A stretch of DNA of 64,000 nucleotides from a phage: NCBI GenBank assembly GCA_017003895.1, contig GCA_017003895.1_4520.1; one strand, 5' to 3'. Of the stretch, positions 8,616 through 19,423 are shown one piece after another. The notes under the pieces were generated by a model. The model was not told the DNA's origin and did not search any database. It saw only the letters and a list, made by a program, of their open reading frames with translations. The first letter of the stretch is position 1. Each line of letters opens with the position of its first letter. A program made the position numbers and the translations under genes.

Positions 8616-9784
8616 CAGTATTCCAACGTCCAGGATATCCTAACTTAAGCGTTAAATTATACCAAGATTATTCGGCTTGGCAAGAAAATAGATACGTTGA
8701 ACTCGCAGCAACAATAACAACTTTAACCATGCGAGATTCGCTATATGGAAGAAATGAAGGGATTCTTCAATTTTATGACACTAAAAACATCCACACTAAA
8801 ATGGATGGTAGACAGATAGTCCAAATCTCTGTTTCAAATTCAAACACGCCTCTCCAAGTTAGAACTCGAATTTACGGATGTAGACATTATTCCGTGTCTG
8901 TGGACTCAAAAGGTGACAATATTATTGCAATTGAGCTTGGAACAATACATTCTATAGAGAACCTTAAATTTGGACGACCATTCTTCCCAGACGCAGGAGA
9001 ATCTATACGTGAAATGTTAGGTGTCATATACAAAGACCGTGCGTTAATTACTCCGCCAATAAACACTATTAATGCTTATGTTCCTGATATTCCTTGGACA
9101 AGCACATTTGATGATTATTTGGCATATGTCAGAGAATTAGGACTTGCTACAGCGAGTGATAAGTTCGTATTCGTATGGCAAGATATTTTAGGCGTAAACA
9201 TGATTGACTATGATACTCTTATTGGTCAGGAAGGCATTAAGATGATTGTAGGCGAGCCAAATACCGTAGGTCAGTATATTCAAGAGCTTGAGTATCCATT
9301 AGTATGGGATTTCACCTGGATGACTAAAGCTAACCAATTTACAAGAGACCCTATTAAAAACGCCACGATATTCGCCCATTCATTTTTAGATACATCTATT
9401 CCGGTTATTGTTACAGGCGATGGTGATAATGCTATTGTTGTGTCAAGATCTGGTGGATATTCCGAAATGACCTATCGTAATGGATTTGAAGAAGCAAGTC
9501 GTCTTCAGACAATGGCTCAATATGACGGATATGCTAAATGCACTACTACAGGTAATTTTAACATAACGCCTGCTACTAAAATTATATTTGTCGACCAAAA
9601 GAACCAATTCAAATCCGAATTTTACGTAGATGAAGTTATTCATGAGTTATCAAATAACAACTCACAAACTCATCTGTACATGTTTACCAACTCAATGGTG
9701 TTAGAACCTGTTAACCCAGTTAAGGTTAAAAATGAACTTAAATCTGATTCTACCTCTAAAGAAAATAATTCTACCACAGTCTAA
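8612..9784 (+). CDS. 27: baseplate hub subunit gp27
   Basis: 390 aa (T4 gp27 ~391 aa); ATGA overlap with gene 51. Confidence 0.8.
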   Translation: MTVFQRPGYPNLSVKLYQDYSAWQENRYVELAATITTLTMRDSLYGRNEGILQFYDTKNIHTKMDGRQIVQISVSNSNTPLQVRTRIYGCRHYSVSVDSKGDNIIAIELGTIHSIENLKFGRPFFPDAGESIREMLGVIYKDRALITPPINTINAYVPDIPWTSTFDDYLAYVRELGLATASDKFVFVWQDILGVNMIDYDTLIGQEGIKMIVGEPNTVGQYIQELEYPLVWDFTWMTKANQFTRDPIKNATIFAHSFLDTSIPVIVTGDGDNAIVVSRSGGYSEMTYRNGFEEASRLQTMAQYDGYAKCTTTGNFNITPATKIIFVDQKNQFKSEFYVDEVIHELSNNNSQTHLYMFTNSMVLEPVNPVKVKNELKSDSTSKENNSTTV

Positions 9785-10265
9785 TAAAAAGGTAATGATT
9801 CCCAAATTAGGGCTCAAACATTATAATCTTTTAAAGGACGTTAAAGGCCCTGATGAAAACATGAAAATCTTAGCTGATTCTATTTGTAAAAATATGAGTC
9901 CCGCAGATTTTGATTTTGCATGTCTACACATATTGGAATTTAATAACAAACTTAAGTCTGAAGTTGAAAAAGATGGATTCACTTATAAACTAGATGACGT
10001 CTATGTATGCCAACGAACAGAATTCCAATTCCAAGGTAATACTTTTTATTTTAGACCCCCAGGCAAATTTGAACAATTCGCTACAATCAGTGAAATGCTA
10101 TCAAATTGCTTAATAAAAGTTAATGACGAAGAGAAAGAAATTTCTTTCCTTGAGATGCCTGCTTTTGTAATCAAATGGGCAGAAGACCTTTCGACAACTA
10201 TTGCTATTCCAGGCCCTAATGGTCCTATTAAGGGTATAGCAGAAATTATTGGATTGCTTGAATGA
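9732..10265 (+). CDS. 28: baseplate hub distal subunit gp28
   Basis: 177 aa from the first ATG (AAGG RBS at 9722-9725); overlaps gp27 3' end by 53 nt; start could be an internal Met. Confidence 0.65.
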   Translation: MNLNLILPLKKIILPQSNKKVMIPKLGLKHYNLLKDVKGPDENMKILADSICKNMSPADFDFACLHILEFNNKLKSEVEKDGFTYKLDDVYVCQRTEFQFQGNTFYFRPPGKFEQFATISEMLSNCLIKVNDEEKEISFLEMPAFVIKWAEDLSTTIAIPGPNGPIKGIAEIIGLLE

Positions 10266-12034
10266 AACCTGAAGAAATGAAATCCATGCGTAGAAATAAG
10301 GTCATTGCCGATAATAAACCACAAAAAGTAGCTGCAACAGCAGCTACCGATTCATTAGAAGCATTGAATGACATTTCATCAAAACTAGACGATGTCCAAG
10401 CCGCGTCTGAACTCACATCACAAAGTGTAGAAGATAAAGGCAATGGAATCATTGAATCAATTGGAGACTTAAAGAATTCGACAGATAATACTGCTGAAGG
10501 CACAGAGCTTATCGCAGAAGTTATTGAAAAACAAACTGAAGTCACTAAAAGTATAAACGAAGTTTCTAGTGCAATAAGCTCTAAGTTAGACCGATTAGCT
10601 ACATTATTAGAGCAAAAATTACAAACATCTACCGCTATTCAAAATACAGGAGGCACCTCTCTTGAAGTAATTGAGAACGCAATACCTGTTAAAGTGGTTG
10701 AGAATGAAACTTCTGATGAGTTGTTTAAAGCATTCCCTACACCTGAAAAGATTGATAATAAGCCAGACGAAGATTTCTTCCCAGCACCGGTTCAAGAAAG
10801 TGCTAATTCTACTTCCGATTCTAAAGGCGGAATTAGCTTTAAATTGAGCGATAAAATTGCAATGCTCACCAAAACAGTTCAAACCGGGTTTAATAAATCA
10901 ATATCAATTTCAGACAGAATTGCTGGAATGCTTTTCAAATACACTATAACGGCTGCTATTGAAGCAGCAAAAATGGCCGCACTTATTCTTGGTATTGTTA
11001 TCGGTATTGATTTATTGATAGTCCATTTCAAATATTGGACAGACAAGTTCACTTCTGCCTGGGATTTATTTGATGAAAACTTTACTAAATTCTCCGATGA
11101 AGCTAAAGAGTGGGGTAAATTCTTAAGCGATATATTCACCTCTGTTGACTCGATAAAACAATTATGGGAAGCTGGAGACTGGGGTGGTTTAACCGTTGCT
11201 ATTGTCAAAGGTGTAGGAACAGCATTAATGAACTTAGGTGAACTAATTCAATTAGGAATGGCTAAACTCTCTGCTTCTATATTGCGTGCTATAGGTTTTG
11301 GTGATACAGCGGACGAAATAGAAGGACGTGCTTTAGAAGGATTCCAAGAAACTACTGGGAACAAATTAAAGAAAGAAGACCAAGAGAAAGTCGCTAAATA
11401 TCAAATGAAACGTGACGATGGGGAATTAGGAACCGTTTCTAAAGGTCTTGATATGTTACAACGCGGCAAAACATTCGTTACTAACTGGGTTCGTGGTAAT
11501 GACAATAAAGAAGAGTTTAGTACAAGCGATGAGCGTGCTGCGGAATCAGCAAAATTAAAAGAGTTACCTGAAGAGGAGCGTAAAGAGGCGTATATAAAAG
11601 CTAATGAAACTCGTGCGGCACTGGTTAGATTTGAGGATTATATCGATAAAATCGATATGACTAATCCAGAAAATGCTAAAAACGTCGAGAAGTCTTATGC
11701 TGATTTAAGTAAACTTATTAAAGACCCTGAACTTAATAAAACTCCTGTTGTTAAAAAGGAATTAGATGCTAGATTTGAAAAGCTAAATAATAAAATGGCT
11801 GAAGCCAAAAAGGCTCAGACCACAGTTAAGCCTGAATCTTCGTCTAAATCTCCGGAAGCAAAACAAGTTCAGTCAATAGAGAAAGGACGTGCTTCTGAAT
11901 CTAAACAACAGCAACCGGTAGCGGCGATTAGTAACACAAATAATGTCGTCAAAAAGAATACCGTAGTCCAGAATATGACCCCTGTAACAAGTACAACGGC
12001 TCCTGGAATTTTCCATGCCACCGGTGTTAATTAA
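10262..12034 (+). CDS. 29: baseplate hub / tail-length determinator gp29
   Basis: 590 aa (T4 gp29 ~590), coiled-coil-rich with central hydrophobic segment; ATGA overlap with gene 28. Confidence 0.8.
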   Translation: MKPEEMKSMRRNKVIADNKPQKVAATAATDSLEALNDISSKLDDVQAASELTSQSVEDKGNGIIESIGDLKNSTDNTAEGTELIAEVIEKQTEVTKSINEVSSAISSKLDRLATLLEQKLQTSTAIQNTGGTSLEVIENAIPVKVVENETSDELFKAFPTPEKIDNKPDEDFFPAPVQESANSTSDSKGGISFKLSDKIAMLTKTVQTGFNKSISISDRIAGMLFKYTITAAIEAAKMAALILGIVIGIDLLIVHFKYWTDKFTSAWDLFDENFTKFSDEAKEWGKFLSDIFTSVDSIKQLWEAGDWGGLTVAIVKGVGTALMNLGELIQLGMAKLSASILRAIGFGDTADEIEGRALEGFQETTGNKLKKEDQEKVAKYQMKRDDGELGTVSKGLDMLQRGKTFVTNWVRGNDNKEEFSTSDERAAESAKLKELPEEERKEAYIKANETRAALVRFEDYIDKIDMTNPENAKNVEKSYADLSKLIKDPELNKTPVVKKELDARFEKLNNKMAEAKKAQTTVKPESSSKSPEAKQVQSIEKGRASESKQQQPVAAISNTNNVVKKNTVVQNMTPVTSTTAPGIFHATGVN

Positions 12035-12042
12035 GGATTATT

Positions 12043-13152
12043 ATGATTAGTGTAAAAGAAATAGTAGTAGATGCAAAGGATTTAAATAAAGCAATCCCAG
12101 TCTCAGAAAGTGCTGGGCAAAGCACTAAAACCGAAACAACTACTAAAACTTATGTTGCCCAATTTCCTACAGGAAGAGCAGCCGGAAATGACTCCACAGG
12201 AGACTTCCAGGTAACGGACCTTTATAAGAATGGATTATTATTTACCGCGTACAATATGTCTGCACGCGATTCAGGATCCCTCAGGAATTTACGTCCGGCG
12301 TATGCCGGGACTTCATCTAATGGTATCATATCAGATTTAACTGATAACGTGAAAGATGCAGTGACTAAATTCTCAAATGGCTTGCTTCCTGCCGGAGCTA
12401 ATAAATCTACTATAAATAAAACTCCTGTTGCTAATATACTTTTGCCACGTTCCAAATCTGACGTCGATACAACTTCACATCGTTTTAATGATATCGGTGA
12501 TAGCCTTATTACTAAAGGTGGAGGTACTGCTACGGGTGTTTTAAGTAACATTGCTTCTACTGCAGTCTTTGGTGCATTAGATTCTATTACTCAAGGGCTT
12601 ATGGCTGATAATAACGAACAGATTTATACGACTTCTCGTAGTATGTACGGTGGTGCTGAGAACCGTACCAAAGTCTTTACATGGGATTTAACTCCGCGTT
12701 CAACTGAAGACCTTATGGCTATTATAAACATTTACCAGTATTTTAACTATTTCTCATATGGTGAGACCGGTAAATCACAGTACGCCCAAGAGATTAAAAG
12801 TTATTTAGACGAATGGTACCGTTCAACGTTTATTGAGCCTATGACGCCAGATGATGCAGTAAAAAATAAGACATTGTTTGAAAAGATTACTGCGTCATTA
12901 ACAAATGTATTAGTTGTAAGCAACCCTACAATTTGGATGGTTAAAAACTTTGGTTATACATCTAAATTTGATGGATTAACTGATGTATTTGGTCCATGCC
13001 AAATTCAAAGCGTACGTTTTGATAAAACTCCAAATGGACAATTTAATGGTCTTGCTGTTGCTCCTAACTTACCGTCAACATTTACGTTAGAGATAACAAT
13101 GCGAGAAATTATTACATTAAACCGTTCTTCACTTTATGCGGGGACTTTCTAA
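12043..13152 (+). CDS. 48: baseplate tail-tube junction protein gp48
   Basis: 369 aa; synteny 29-48-54. Confidence 0.8.
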   Translation: MISVKEIVVDAKDLNKAIPVSESAGQSTKTETTTKTYVAQFPTGRAAGNDSTGDFQVTDLYKNGLLFTAYNMSARDSGSLRNLRPAYAGTSSNGIISDLTDNVKDAVTKFSNGLLPAGANKSTINKTPVANILLPRSKSDVDTTSHRFNDIGDSLITKGGGTATGVLSNIASTAVFGALDSITQGLMADNNEQIYTTSRSMYGGAENRTKVFTWDLTPRSTEDLMAIINIYQYFNYFSYGETGKSQYAQEIKSYLDEWYRSTFIEPMTPDDAVKNKTLFEKITASLTNVLVVSNPTIWMVKNFGYTSKFDGLTDVFGPCQIQSVRFDKTPNGQFNGLAVAPNLPSTFTLEITMREIITLNRSSLYAGTF

Positions 13153-14114
13153 TGTACTCTTTAGAAGAATTTAATAACCAAGCTATAAATGCAGATTTCC
13201 AACGAAACAATATGTTTAGTTGTGTATTTGCTACTACACCATCGACTAAATCATCTTCACTAATTTCGTCAATTGGTAGTTTTGCTTATAATAACTTAGG
13301 GTTGGATTCTGATTGGTTAGGATTGACTCAAGGTGATATCAATCAGGGCGTAACAACCCTGATTACAGCAGGAACACAGAAATTAATTCGAAAATCAGGT
13401 GTAAGTAAATATCTGATTGGAGCAATGAGTCAACGTACGGTACAAAGCTTGTTAGGTGAGTTCACAGTAGGAGCTTATCTGATAGACTTCTTCAATATGG
13501 CATATAATAATACAGGTTTAATGATTTATTCTGTAAAAATGCCTGAGAACCGATTATCTTATGAAACGGATTTCAACTATAACTCCCCGAACATCCGAAT
13601 TACCGGTCGAGAAATGGACCCGTTAGTAATAAGCTTTAGAATGGATTCCGAAGCATCCAACTTTAGAGCAATGCAGGACTGGGTAAACTCAGTCCAAGAC
13701 CCTGTAACAGGTCTTCGCGCTTTACCACAAGACGTCGAAGCAGATATTCAGGTTAATTTACATGCACGAAATGGTTTACCGCATACCGCTGTCATGTTCA
13801 CCGGATGTATTCCTGTTAGTGTCTCTTCTCCTGAGTTAACGTATGATGGTGATAATCAGATAACAGTTTTTGATGTAACATTTGCTTATCGCGTTATGCA
13901 ATCAGGTGCTGTAAATAGACAGGCTGCTTTAGAATGGTTGGAATCAGGACTTATTAGTAGTGTTTCAGGAATGTTTGGAAATAATCAGAATGATTCTGGT
14001 CTAGGAAGTGCAGTATCAAGACTTTCTAGATTAGGTGGGACCGCTGGAGGTGTGTCTAATATAAACACATTGACAGGTGTGGTGAATTCTACATCAAGAG
14101 TTTTAGGACTATAA
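13152..14114 (+). CDS. 54: baseplate tail-tube initiator gp54
   Basis: 320 aa (T4 gp54 ~320); ATGA overlap with gene 48; followed by a strong terminator. Confidence 0.8.
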   Translation: MYSLEEFNNQAINADFQRNNMFSCVFATTPSTKSSSLISSIGSFAYNNLGLDSDWLGLTQGDINQGVTTLITAGTQKLIRKSGVSKYLIGAMSQRTVQSLLGEFTVGAYLIDFFNMAYNNTGLMIYSVKMPENRLSYETDFNYNSPNIRITGREMDPLVISFRMDSEASNFRAMQDWVNSVQDPVTGLRALPQDVEADIQVNLHARNGLPHTAVMFTGCIPVSVSSPELTYDGDNQITVFDVTFAYRVMQSGAVNRQAALEWLESGLISSVSGMFGNNQNDSGLGSAVSRLSRLGGTAGGVSNINTLTGVVNSTSRVLGL

Positions 14115-14146
14115 GAAAAAAGGGAGACAACGTCTCCCTTTAGGGT
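14111..14146. terminator. bidirectional terminator between gene 54 (+) and the alt-proximal ORF (-)
   Basis: aaaaaa GGGAGAC aac GTCTCCC tttagggttt. Confidence 0.65.
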
Positions 14147-14440
14147 TTATTTACGGAATGAAAGGAATGCTGGTGCTCGGAATGGAGTATCATCTTTAGA
14201 GTATTTAACTAATACGACCATTGGTACCTCTGTTTCTAAATGTCCTGTCAATACACCGATAAAAATTTGATCAGTGTGCTCAGGGACACGAAAGTTTTTA
14301 AGAGGTTCCATAGCAATATGGAATGCACCTGGGAATACTCGATTCAATTCGTCAATCACAGCTTCGTTAAAAACATCATCCGCTGGGATAACATCTTCAA
14401 CTACTAGTTCTTGACCATTAAAGCGAAGCATAGATTTCAT
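14147..14440 (-). CDS. hypothetical protein (alt-proximal small ORF)
   Basis: ORF trimmed to internal Met (MKSMLRFNGQ…, 97 aa) so that it does not overlap alt; its own early promoter lies at 14470-14499. Confidence 0.5.
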   Translation of the reverse strand: MKSMLRFNGQELVVEDVIPADDVFNEAVIDELNRVFPGAFHIAMEPLKNFRVPEHTDQIFIGVLTGHLETEVPMVVLVKYSKDDTPFRAPAFLSFRK

Positions 14441-14469
14441 AACGTTTTCCTCATGTTGTTGATGGGATG

Positions 14470-14499
14470 ATAGTATCACACATCCATGTGTTTGTAAAC
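14470..14499 (-). promoter_or_regulatory. early (sigma70-type) promoter inside the last codons of alt
   Basis: Minus strand GTTTAC (rc 14494-14499), 18 nt, TACTAT (rc 14470-14475); drives the ORF starting at 14440. Confidence 0.45.
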
Positions 14500-16586
14500 T
14501 ATCCTTGGACAAATTTAAACGGAACTGATTCTAAATCCATTAAAGATGCTAACAATTTCAAACCTTTAGGTGCACTAGTTTTTTCTACAAATGAGGAGAA
14601 CGATACCGGCTCATCCGATTCGATTTCACCCGTCATAGCAACCACCTCGCCCGTTTCCATGAGAACATCACCATCATAAATGACGGCTTCATCCAACTGG
14701 TCTGAGGACATGACTTCAGCTTGAATAAATTTAAGGTTGGATTCTAAACCTGCACCGGTGTCAGATGACGCATCTGTAATTTTATTTATCTGCAAGAGAA
14801 TGCCTCTAGGCAAAATAATTTCTTGCTCATTAGGGTGATTACTCAACTGTCCTGGATAAATCACGTTAACTTTATGGGCGCCATCAATAGCCCATCCAAC
14901 GTTAACACGGATTTGTTCTGGAGCATGCATAGCTGTTCTTACTTGACTAGGAGAAATAGTAACACCTTCGTCATTATTGTCAATGTTAAGCTCTTTGCGA
15001 ACTTCTTCAGGAGCAAGTCCAAGGGCAACGTTCTCTTTAAACCCGCCGAAAATAATAGGAGCTAGTGAAGTGGAAACATAGTTTCTGAAGTAGAATACCT
15101 TATTTTTAACCATTGCTTCGTAAATAGGCATTCTGATAGACTGAGCTCTATATAACGTTAGTCCTTCAGGTAAACGGTCTCCATTTAAAAACGCCGAATC
15201 AAGACCATCAATAGCGCGTTTAACTTCATCTTCATCTGCAACATCGTAAAAATCTGGTTTATAACGACCCAACAACATATTATTGATATCTGTATACGCA
15301 GAAGAGGCATATTCACGAATAGCTCGTTTTTCAGCAACAGAGTATTGTTTAGGGTCACGATTCATTGTTATATTAAAGGTGCCTCTAGCTGATTCTCGTG
15401 CATAAGTATACATCACATTAGACAAGAACGCTGATTTACGTTGTTTCCAAGTTCTTTCAGATACTTCAGCTAAAACGTCGTCAGGCAGTTGGAAATTATC
15501 ACGTCTAAAATCTTCAAACCATTCGTCTTTAATAGAGTCTGCAATTTCATTTGCAGCTTCAACAAAAGCAGCTAATGCTTTAACAGATGTTGTTTTTTCG
15601 GTTTTAATTTTCTTAGCAAACTTTTCTAAAGTCGGCTTAATAACACTACCATAAGAAACTTCATCGGCAAATTTAAAGGATTCATCAATACGATTATAAA
15701 TCTTATTTTCGATATCAGCAACTAAAGTGCCTTTTGCTGTGGACGATGCTTGGGCTAGTACGATTTCATATGCTTCAGGAAGTAATTCGGCTGTAGCCGG
15801 GCCACTAACTTCTTTAGCAGAATTTTCGTATTTCTGGAATAACTCACCTTCTTGACGGTCAGCTTCTAAAGATTGACTTGCTGCAATAGCACGACGAGAA
15901 ATTTTAGTGCGAGCAATAACAGGCTTATCTTTACGTTTTTCTTCTACCGCGGCAATAGAACCAGCGATAGCCGTTTCTTTGGTGACCTTTTCACCGGTCT
16001 TTTTACTCACATAAACTTCGCCAACATCAGAATCTACTTTCGTGTACAACTCTGTGTTAATGTTAGGGATGCCTTTAATATCTTCAATGTTGGCATTTTT
16101 ACGAACCATCATCACATAGGTGTGTTTACCGGTGAATTGATACATTGCCGACAATACTTTAAAACGACCACCGGTTTTAGTAGAAACTAAACGAGCAAGA
16201 AGAGTTTGAAGCTGCTGTCCACGTCCTTTCAATTTCTTGGTAGGGAATCTGAACAGAACCGCATCCATACGAAGAGCTTTAACCTGTTCATATACTGTAT
16301 TGAAAATGGTGTTGATTGCATCAATAGGAGCAGGACCAAGGCCGTTTTTCAATTCAGCGAGATTACCCTTTTCAGACAGACTCATAATAACAACATGGGC
16401 ATATTTGTCGCCAAGTTTAACTTGTTTTACAGCATCGCCTTCAGAAAGGTAAGAGAATAAGCGAACTACGATGTTTGTATCGATATCACCAATTTTCCAG
16501 ACTTGTGGAACTTTAGCTTTAGGGTTCAAATTGACGACAGGAAGACTGCCTTCAGATTCAAACACTTCATTTAATTGTTCAGACAT
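14499..16586 (-). CDS. alt: Alt ADP-ribosyltransferase (packaged, modifies host RNA polymerase in T4)
   Basis: 695 aa; C-terminal ART core …YRAQSIRMPIYEAMVKNKVFYFRNYVSTSLAPIIFGG… (R / STS motifs); position between 54 and 30. Confidence 0.85.
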   Translation of the reverse strand: MSEQLNEVFESEGSLPVVNLNPKAKVPQVWKIGDIDTNIVVRLFSYLSEGDAVKQVKLGDKYAHVVIMSLSEKGNLAELKNGLGPAPIDAINTIFNTVYEQVKALRMDAVLFRFPTKKLKGRGQQLQTLLARLVSTKTGGRFKVLSAMYQFTGKHTYVMMVRKNANIEDIKGIPNINTELYTKVDSDVGEVYVSKKTGEKVTKETAIAGSIAAVEEKRKDKPVIARTKISRRAIAASQSLEADRQEGELFQKYENSAKEVSGPATAELLPEAYEIVLAQASSTAKGTLVADIENKIYNRIDESFKFADEVSYGSVIKPTLEKFAKKIKTEKTTSVKALAAFVEAANEIADSIKDEWFEDFRRDNFQLPDDVLAEVSERTWKQRKSAFLSNVMYTYARESARGTFNITMNRDPKQYSVAEKRAIREYASSAYTDINNMLLGRYKPDFYDVADEDEVKRAIDGLDSAFLNGDRLPEGLTLYRAQSIRMPIYEAMVKNKVFYFRNYVSTSLAPIIFGGFKENVALGLAPEEVRKELNIDNNDEGVTISPSQVRTAMHAPEQIRVNVGWAIDGAHKVNVIYPGQLSNHPNEQEIILPRGILLQINKITDASSDTGAGLESNLKFIQAEVMSSDQLDEAVIYDGDVLMETGEVVAMTGEIESDEPVSFSSFVEKTSAPKGLKLLASLMDLESVPFKFVQG

Positions 16587-16611
16587 AGTGTTTTCCTTTT
16601 AGTAATAATTT

Positions 16612-16642
16612 ATATTTATGCCAAAAAGAGCCCGAAGGCTCT
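16612..16642 (-). terminator. rho-independent terminator between the gene 30 operon and alt
   Basis: Stem AGAGCC cgaa GGCTCT (16627-16642), T-run on the minus strand; last stem base overlaps the upstream stop codon. Confidence 0.55.
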
Positions 16643-16830
16643 TAATCCACAATCGGGAGCAAAGTACGATAAACTTCAAAATTAGGGCCTTTTTCGTACT
16701 TATCGAAATTGTCCATAAAAATATGATAGGAATCGTTATTAGGAAAATCTAATATAATCTGAGAGCAAGAGGTGGAAACATCTCCACCATCCTTCTTAGC
16801 TACAATAACTGTTTCTAAATAAGCTTTCAT
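16642..16830 (-). CDS. hypothetical protein
   Basis: 62 aa from internal Met (MKAYLETVIV…); ATG overlaps gp30 stop (TAATG). Confidence 0.5.
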   Translation of the reverse strand: MKAYLETVIVAKKDGGDVSTSCSQIILDFPNNDSYHIFMDNFDKYEKGPNFEVYRTLLPIVD

Positions 16831-18323
16831 TATAAACCTGTCTGGGACCACGGTCCAAATACGTCTTCAAACGAATCCGCTTCTGTTTTATCAAAACGGA
16901 ACCCTTTAATAATTGGAAGGAAAATACCTACAGTACCTTCACGGCCTTTAGAATGAACCCAACCATTACATTCACAATCAGCGATACGTCCAATTAATTT
17001 ACCTTCACGAGCTTCGGTCATTAATCGTTCACGGTCCAAATCATGACGCTCATCTAAAGGAATAAGAACCTTTACACCGTCAACTGTTTTATGAGTTGTA
17101 TCTTTAAAACCTGAACCACAATCAGTTGTAATACGACGACAACGTGATACGAGTTCGACACCACCTAATTTGTTAGGGTCTTTAGAGTGTTCATAGTATC
17201 CTACAACTTCTAAAGCGATATCAATAACTTCTTTAAATTTAATTAGGTTCTTAGAGCGTTTGTTTTCCCAGTATGAATCACGGTTTTTAAGGATAATACC
17301 TTCAAGACCTTGGTCAACATATTTTTTATAAACCACTTTAGCTTCATCAAGATTACGAACTATCTGGTTTTCGATAGGTTCAATTCGTTTAAAGCCTTCA
17401 GCCATATTTTCAAGAGCAGCAAAACGAACATCGTATTTCTGACCTTTAATTTTGCCGTCAGAATAGACTTCATCTAAAGGAACATAGTCCCAGGCTTGAA
17501 GAACCATACCTTCCGCTTCTTTAGGAGAAATAGTCCCTTGAAGAGATTTATTTGCTAAACCATTTGAAGTGCTACGGTCTGCAACTTGTACTTCTTCGGA
17601 TTCTTCATTATCACCAAATAAGAACGACAGGTCATTTCCTGAGCTCACAGCCTTTTTAATATCAAATGAATGATAAACTAATTCACCGTCGATTAAAACC
17701 CCATTAGGGTGTCTTTCACGAGCTTCTTTAGTCATTTCCATTAGTTCATCTGCTAATAGAGTAAGACCATGGTATTCATTACCTGCACGAGAAAAGAATT
17801 GAACACCATCATCGCGAACTTCAGCGAAACAACGAGCACCATCGGCTTTTAATTGAGCAAATGCGGGCCATTTAATATTTTTAGTAATCAATTTCTCGTC
17901 ATATGCAGATGCTAACATCTGTGGTTGCAATTGAATAAGTCCAGGCCACACCTTATTCGCGATAGACACTGAAGCACCTACTTCAAGGTCGCGCATCATT
18001 ACACGACGAAGGACTTCTACATCATCAGGTTTACCGTCAGCGATATAACCCATGAGCTCTTTAATTGCCGCATTACCGGTGAGTTTACGAGTGGCTAATG
18101 TGAACTCAATAAAATCCAACATGTCATCTAATTCAAGAAGACCATACGCTTGAGACCTTTCACCTGGTCCTGGCCATTTCTTAATATAATACTGGATACC
18201 ACGTGCATATGTTAAACGATACACACGTTCAAGTAATTTGTTGTCCTTATTTTTCTTAAGGATTTCCTGTTTTGTTTTAGTAGAACCGATCGCAGCTATT
18301 TGGTTTAAAATATCTAAAATCAT
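16830..18323 (-). CDS. 30: ATP-dependent DNA ligase gp30
   Basis: 497 aa; adenylation lysine motif KADGAR, N-terminus MILDILNQIAAIGSTKTKQEILKKNKDNKLLERVYRLTY… close to T4 DNA ligase. Confidence 0.92.
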   Translation of the reverse strand: MILDILNQIAAIGSTKTKQEILKKNKDNKLLERVYRLTYARGIQYYIKKWPGPGERSQAYGLLELDDMLDFIEFTLATRKLTGNAAIKELMGYIADGKPDDVEVLRRVMMRDLEVGASVSIANKVWPGLIQLQPQMLASAYDEKLITKNIKWPAFAQLKADGARCFAEVRDDGVQFFSRAGNEYHGLTLLADELMEMTKEARERHPNGVLIDGELVYHSFDIKKAVSSGNDLSFLFGDNEESEEVQVADRSTSNGLANKSLQGTISPKEAEGMVLQAWDYVPLDEVYSDGKIKGQKYDVRFAALENMAEGFKRIEPIENQIVRNLDEAKVVYKKYVDQGLEGIILKNRDSYWENKRSKNLIKFKEVIDIALEVVGYYEHSKDPNKLGGVELVSRCRRITTDCGSGFKDTTHKTVDGVKVLIPLDERHDLDRERLMTEAREGKLIGRIADCECNGWVHSKGREGTVGIFLPIIKGFRFDKTEADSFEDVFGPWSQTGL

Positions 18324-18589
18324 TTGATGTCCTCGATTTTGGTTACGGTTCTATTATAAGCCACTTCATCTAGAAGCGATTTCAGCGTTTTCTGATAAGT
18401 TGTAATCCATTTACCGAGTCCTTCAACATAATATTCTGAAATGTAGATGAACCCTTGTTCAACACACTCTTTAAATATTTCTGCGTCTTTTACTGAACGA
18501 AACAATGGCCAGTCTCGAAAGAACATGTTAACGTGACCGTAGTCACGTGTGGTATTTTTGCCATCTGTAATATCATGAACTACAAACAT
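18320..18589 (-). CDS. hypothetical protein (30.1 position)
   Basis: 89 aa; ATGA overlap with gene 30. Confidence 0.55.
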   Translation of the reverse strand: MFVVHDITDGKNTTRDYGHVNMFFRDWPLFRSVKDAEIFKECVEQGFIYISEYYVEGLGKWITTYQKTLKSLLDEVAYNRTVTKIEDIK

Positions 18590-18598
18590 AATTAACCC

Positions 18599-19423
18599 TT
18601 AACAATTTATAGACCAAGTCCATTTAGACGAATCTAAAGGAAAGTTTTGAATCGTCCACCACGGCTGCATATCAGTTGGTCCTGGGGTTCGCCAGGTATA
18701 TGGAGTACGTGTTGTCGAGGGGCCACCAATTTGATTAGGCCATGCACCTGGACTTGTTGCACCAGATTCTTTAAGCAAATCCGCCAATCGTTTTAAAAGG
18801 TCTTCACGATCTGAATCTGAATTATTCTTAGGCAGAACCAAACGAGATTCAATATCATCCCACGTGTGTACACGTTGTGCAGTACGAGGAATGGCATCAC
18901 GTTCACCACGAGCCAACCAATAAATCGGTACATTAAGAATTTCTGCCGCATGGTCACAATGATGAGCTAAATCGTCAACGTAACAAATTACGTTATATTT
19001 TGTTTTAGCTAGTTCGAATAATTGTTCCTTTGAAGAATCATGACCACACATCATTACTTCAGAGAAAGCGCCTGGGAACAAAGCATTCAAATTAAATTGT
19101 CTATTCAATCGAGCATCAATTGAATCACCTAGCGCCGTCACGGCTACAAAATTATAGTCTTCTTTTAGTTTATTGATAACTCGAAGAGCATCAGAATAAG
19201 GCGCTAAGTAACGAATAAAATCAGAGCTATTATATTTTTCTATTAATTGTTTACCAAGGTTATCGTCGGTATTGAACAGTTTACCAGGAGAAATAAATTT
19301 TTCGTCCTGAATCATTTTTAAAATATGTTCTAATGGAAGGTTATATTTTTGGGCAAAATAAGGAAGTCCAGATTGCCAGCTTAAACATACACCATCAATA
19401 TCAGTCAAAATAGTAGGCTTCAT
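18599..19423 (-). CDS. HAD-superfamily hydrolase (putative nucleotidase/phosphatase)
   Basis: 274 aa; N-terminal HAD motif I LTDIDGV and C-terminal Asp-rich motif (YVDDL). Confidence 0.6.
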   Translation of the reverse strand: MKPTILTDIDGVCLSWQSGLPYFAQKYNLPLEHILKMIQDEKFISPGKLFNTDDNLGKQLIEKYNSSDFIRYLAPYSDALRVINKLKEDYNFVAVTALGDSIDARLNRQFNLNALFPGAFSEVMMCGHDSSKEQLFELAKTKYNVICYVDDLAHHCDHAAEILNVPIYWLARGERDAIPRTAQRVHTWDDIESRLVLPKNNSDSDREDLLKRLADLLKESGATSPGAWPNQIGGPSTTRTPYTWRTPGPTDMQPWWTIQNFPLDSSKWTWSINC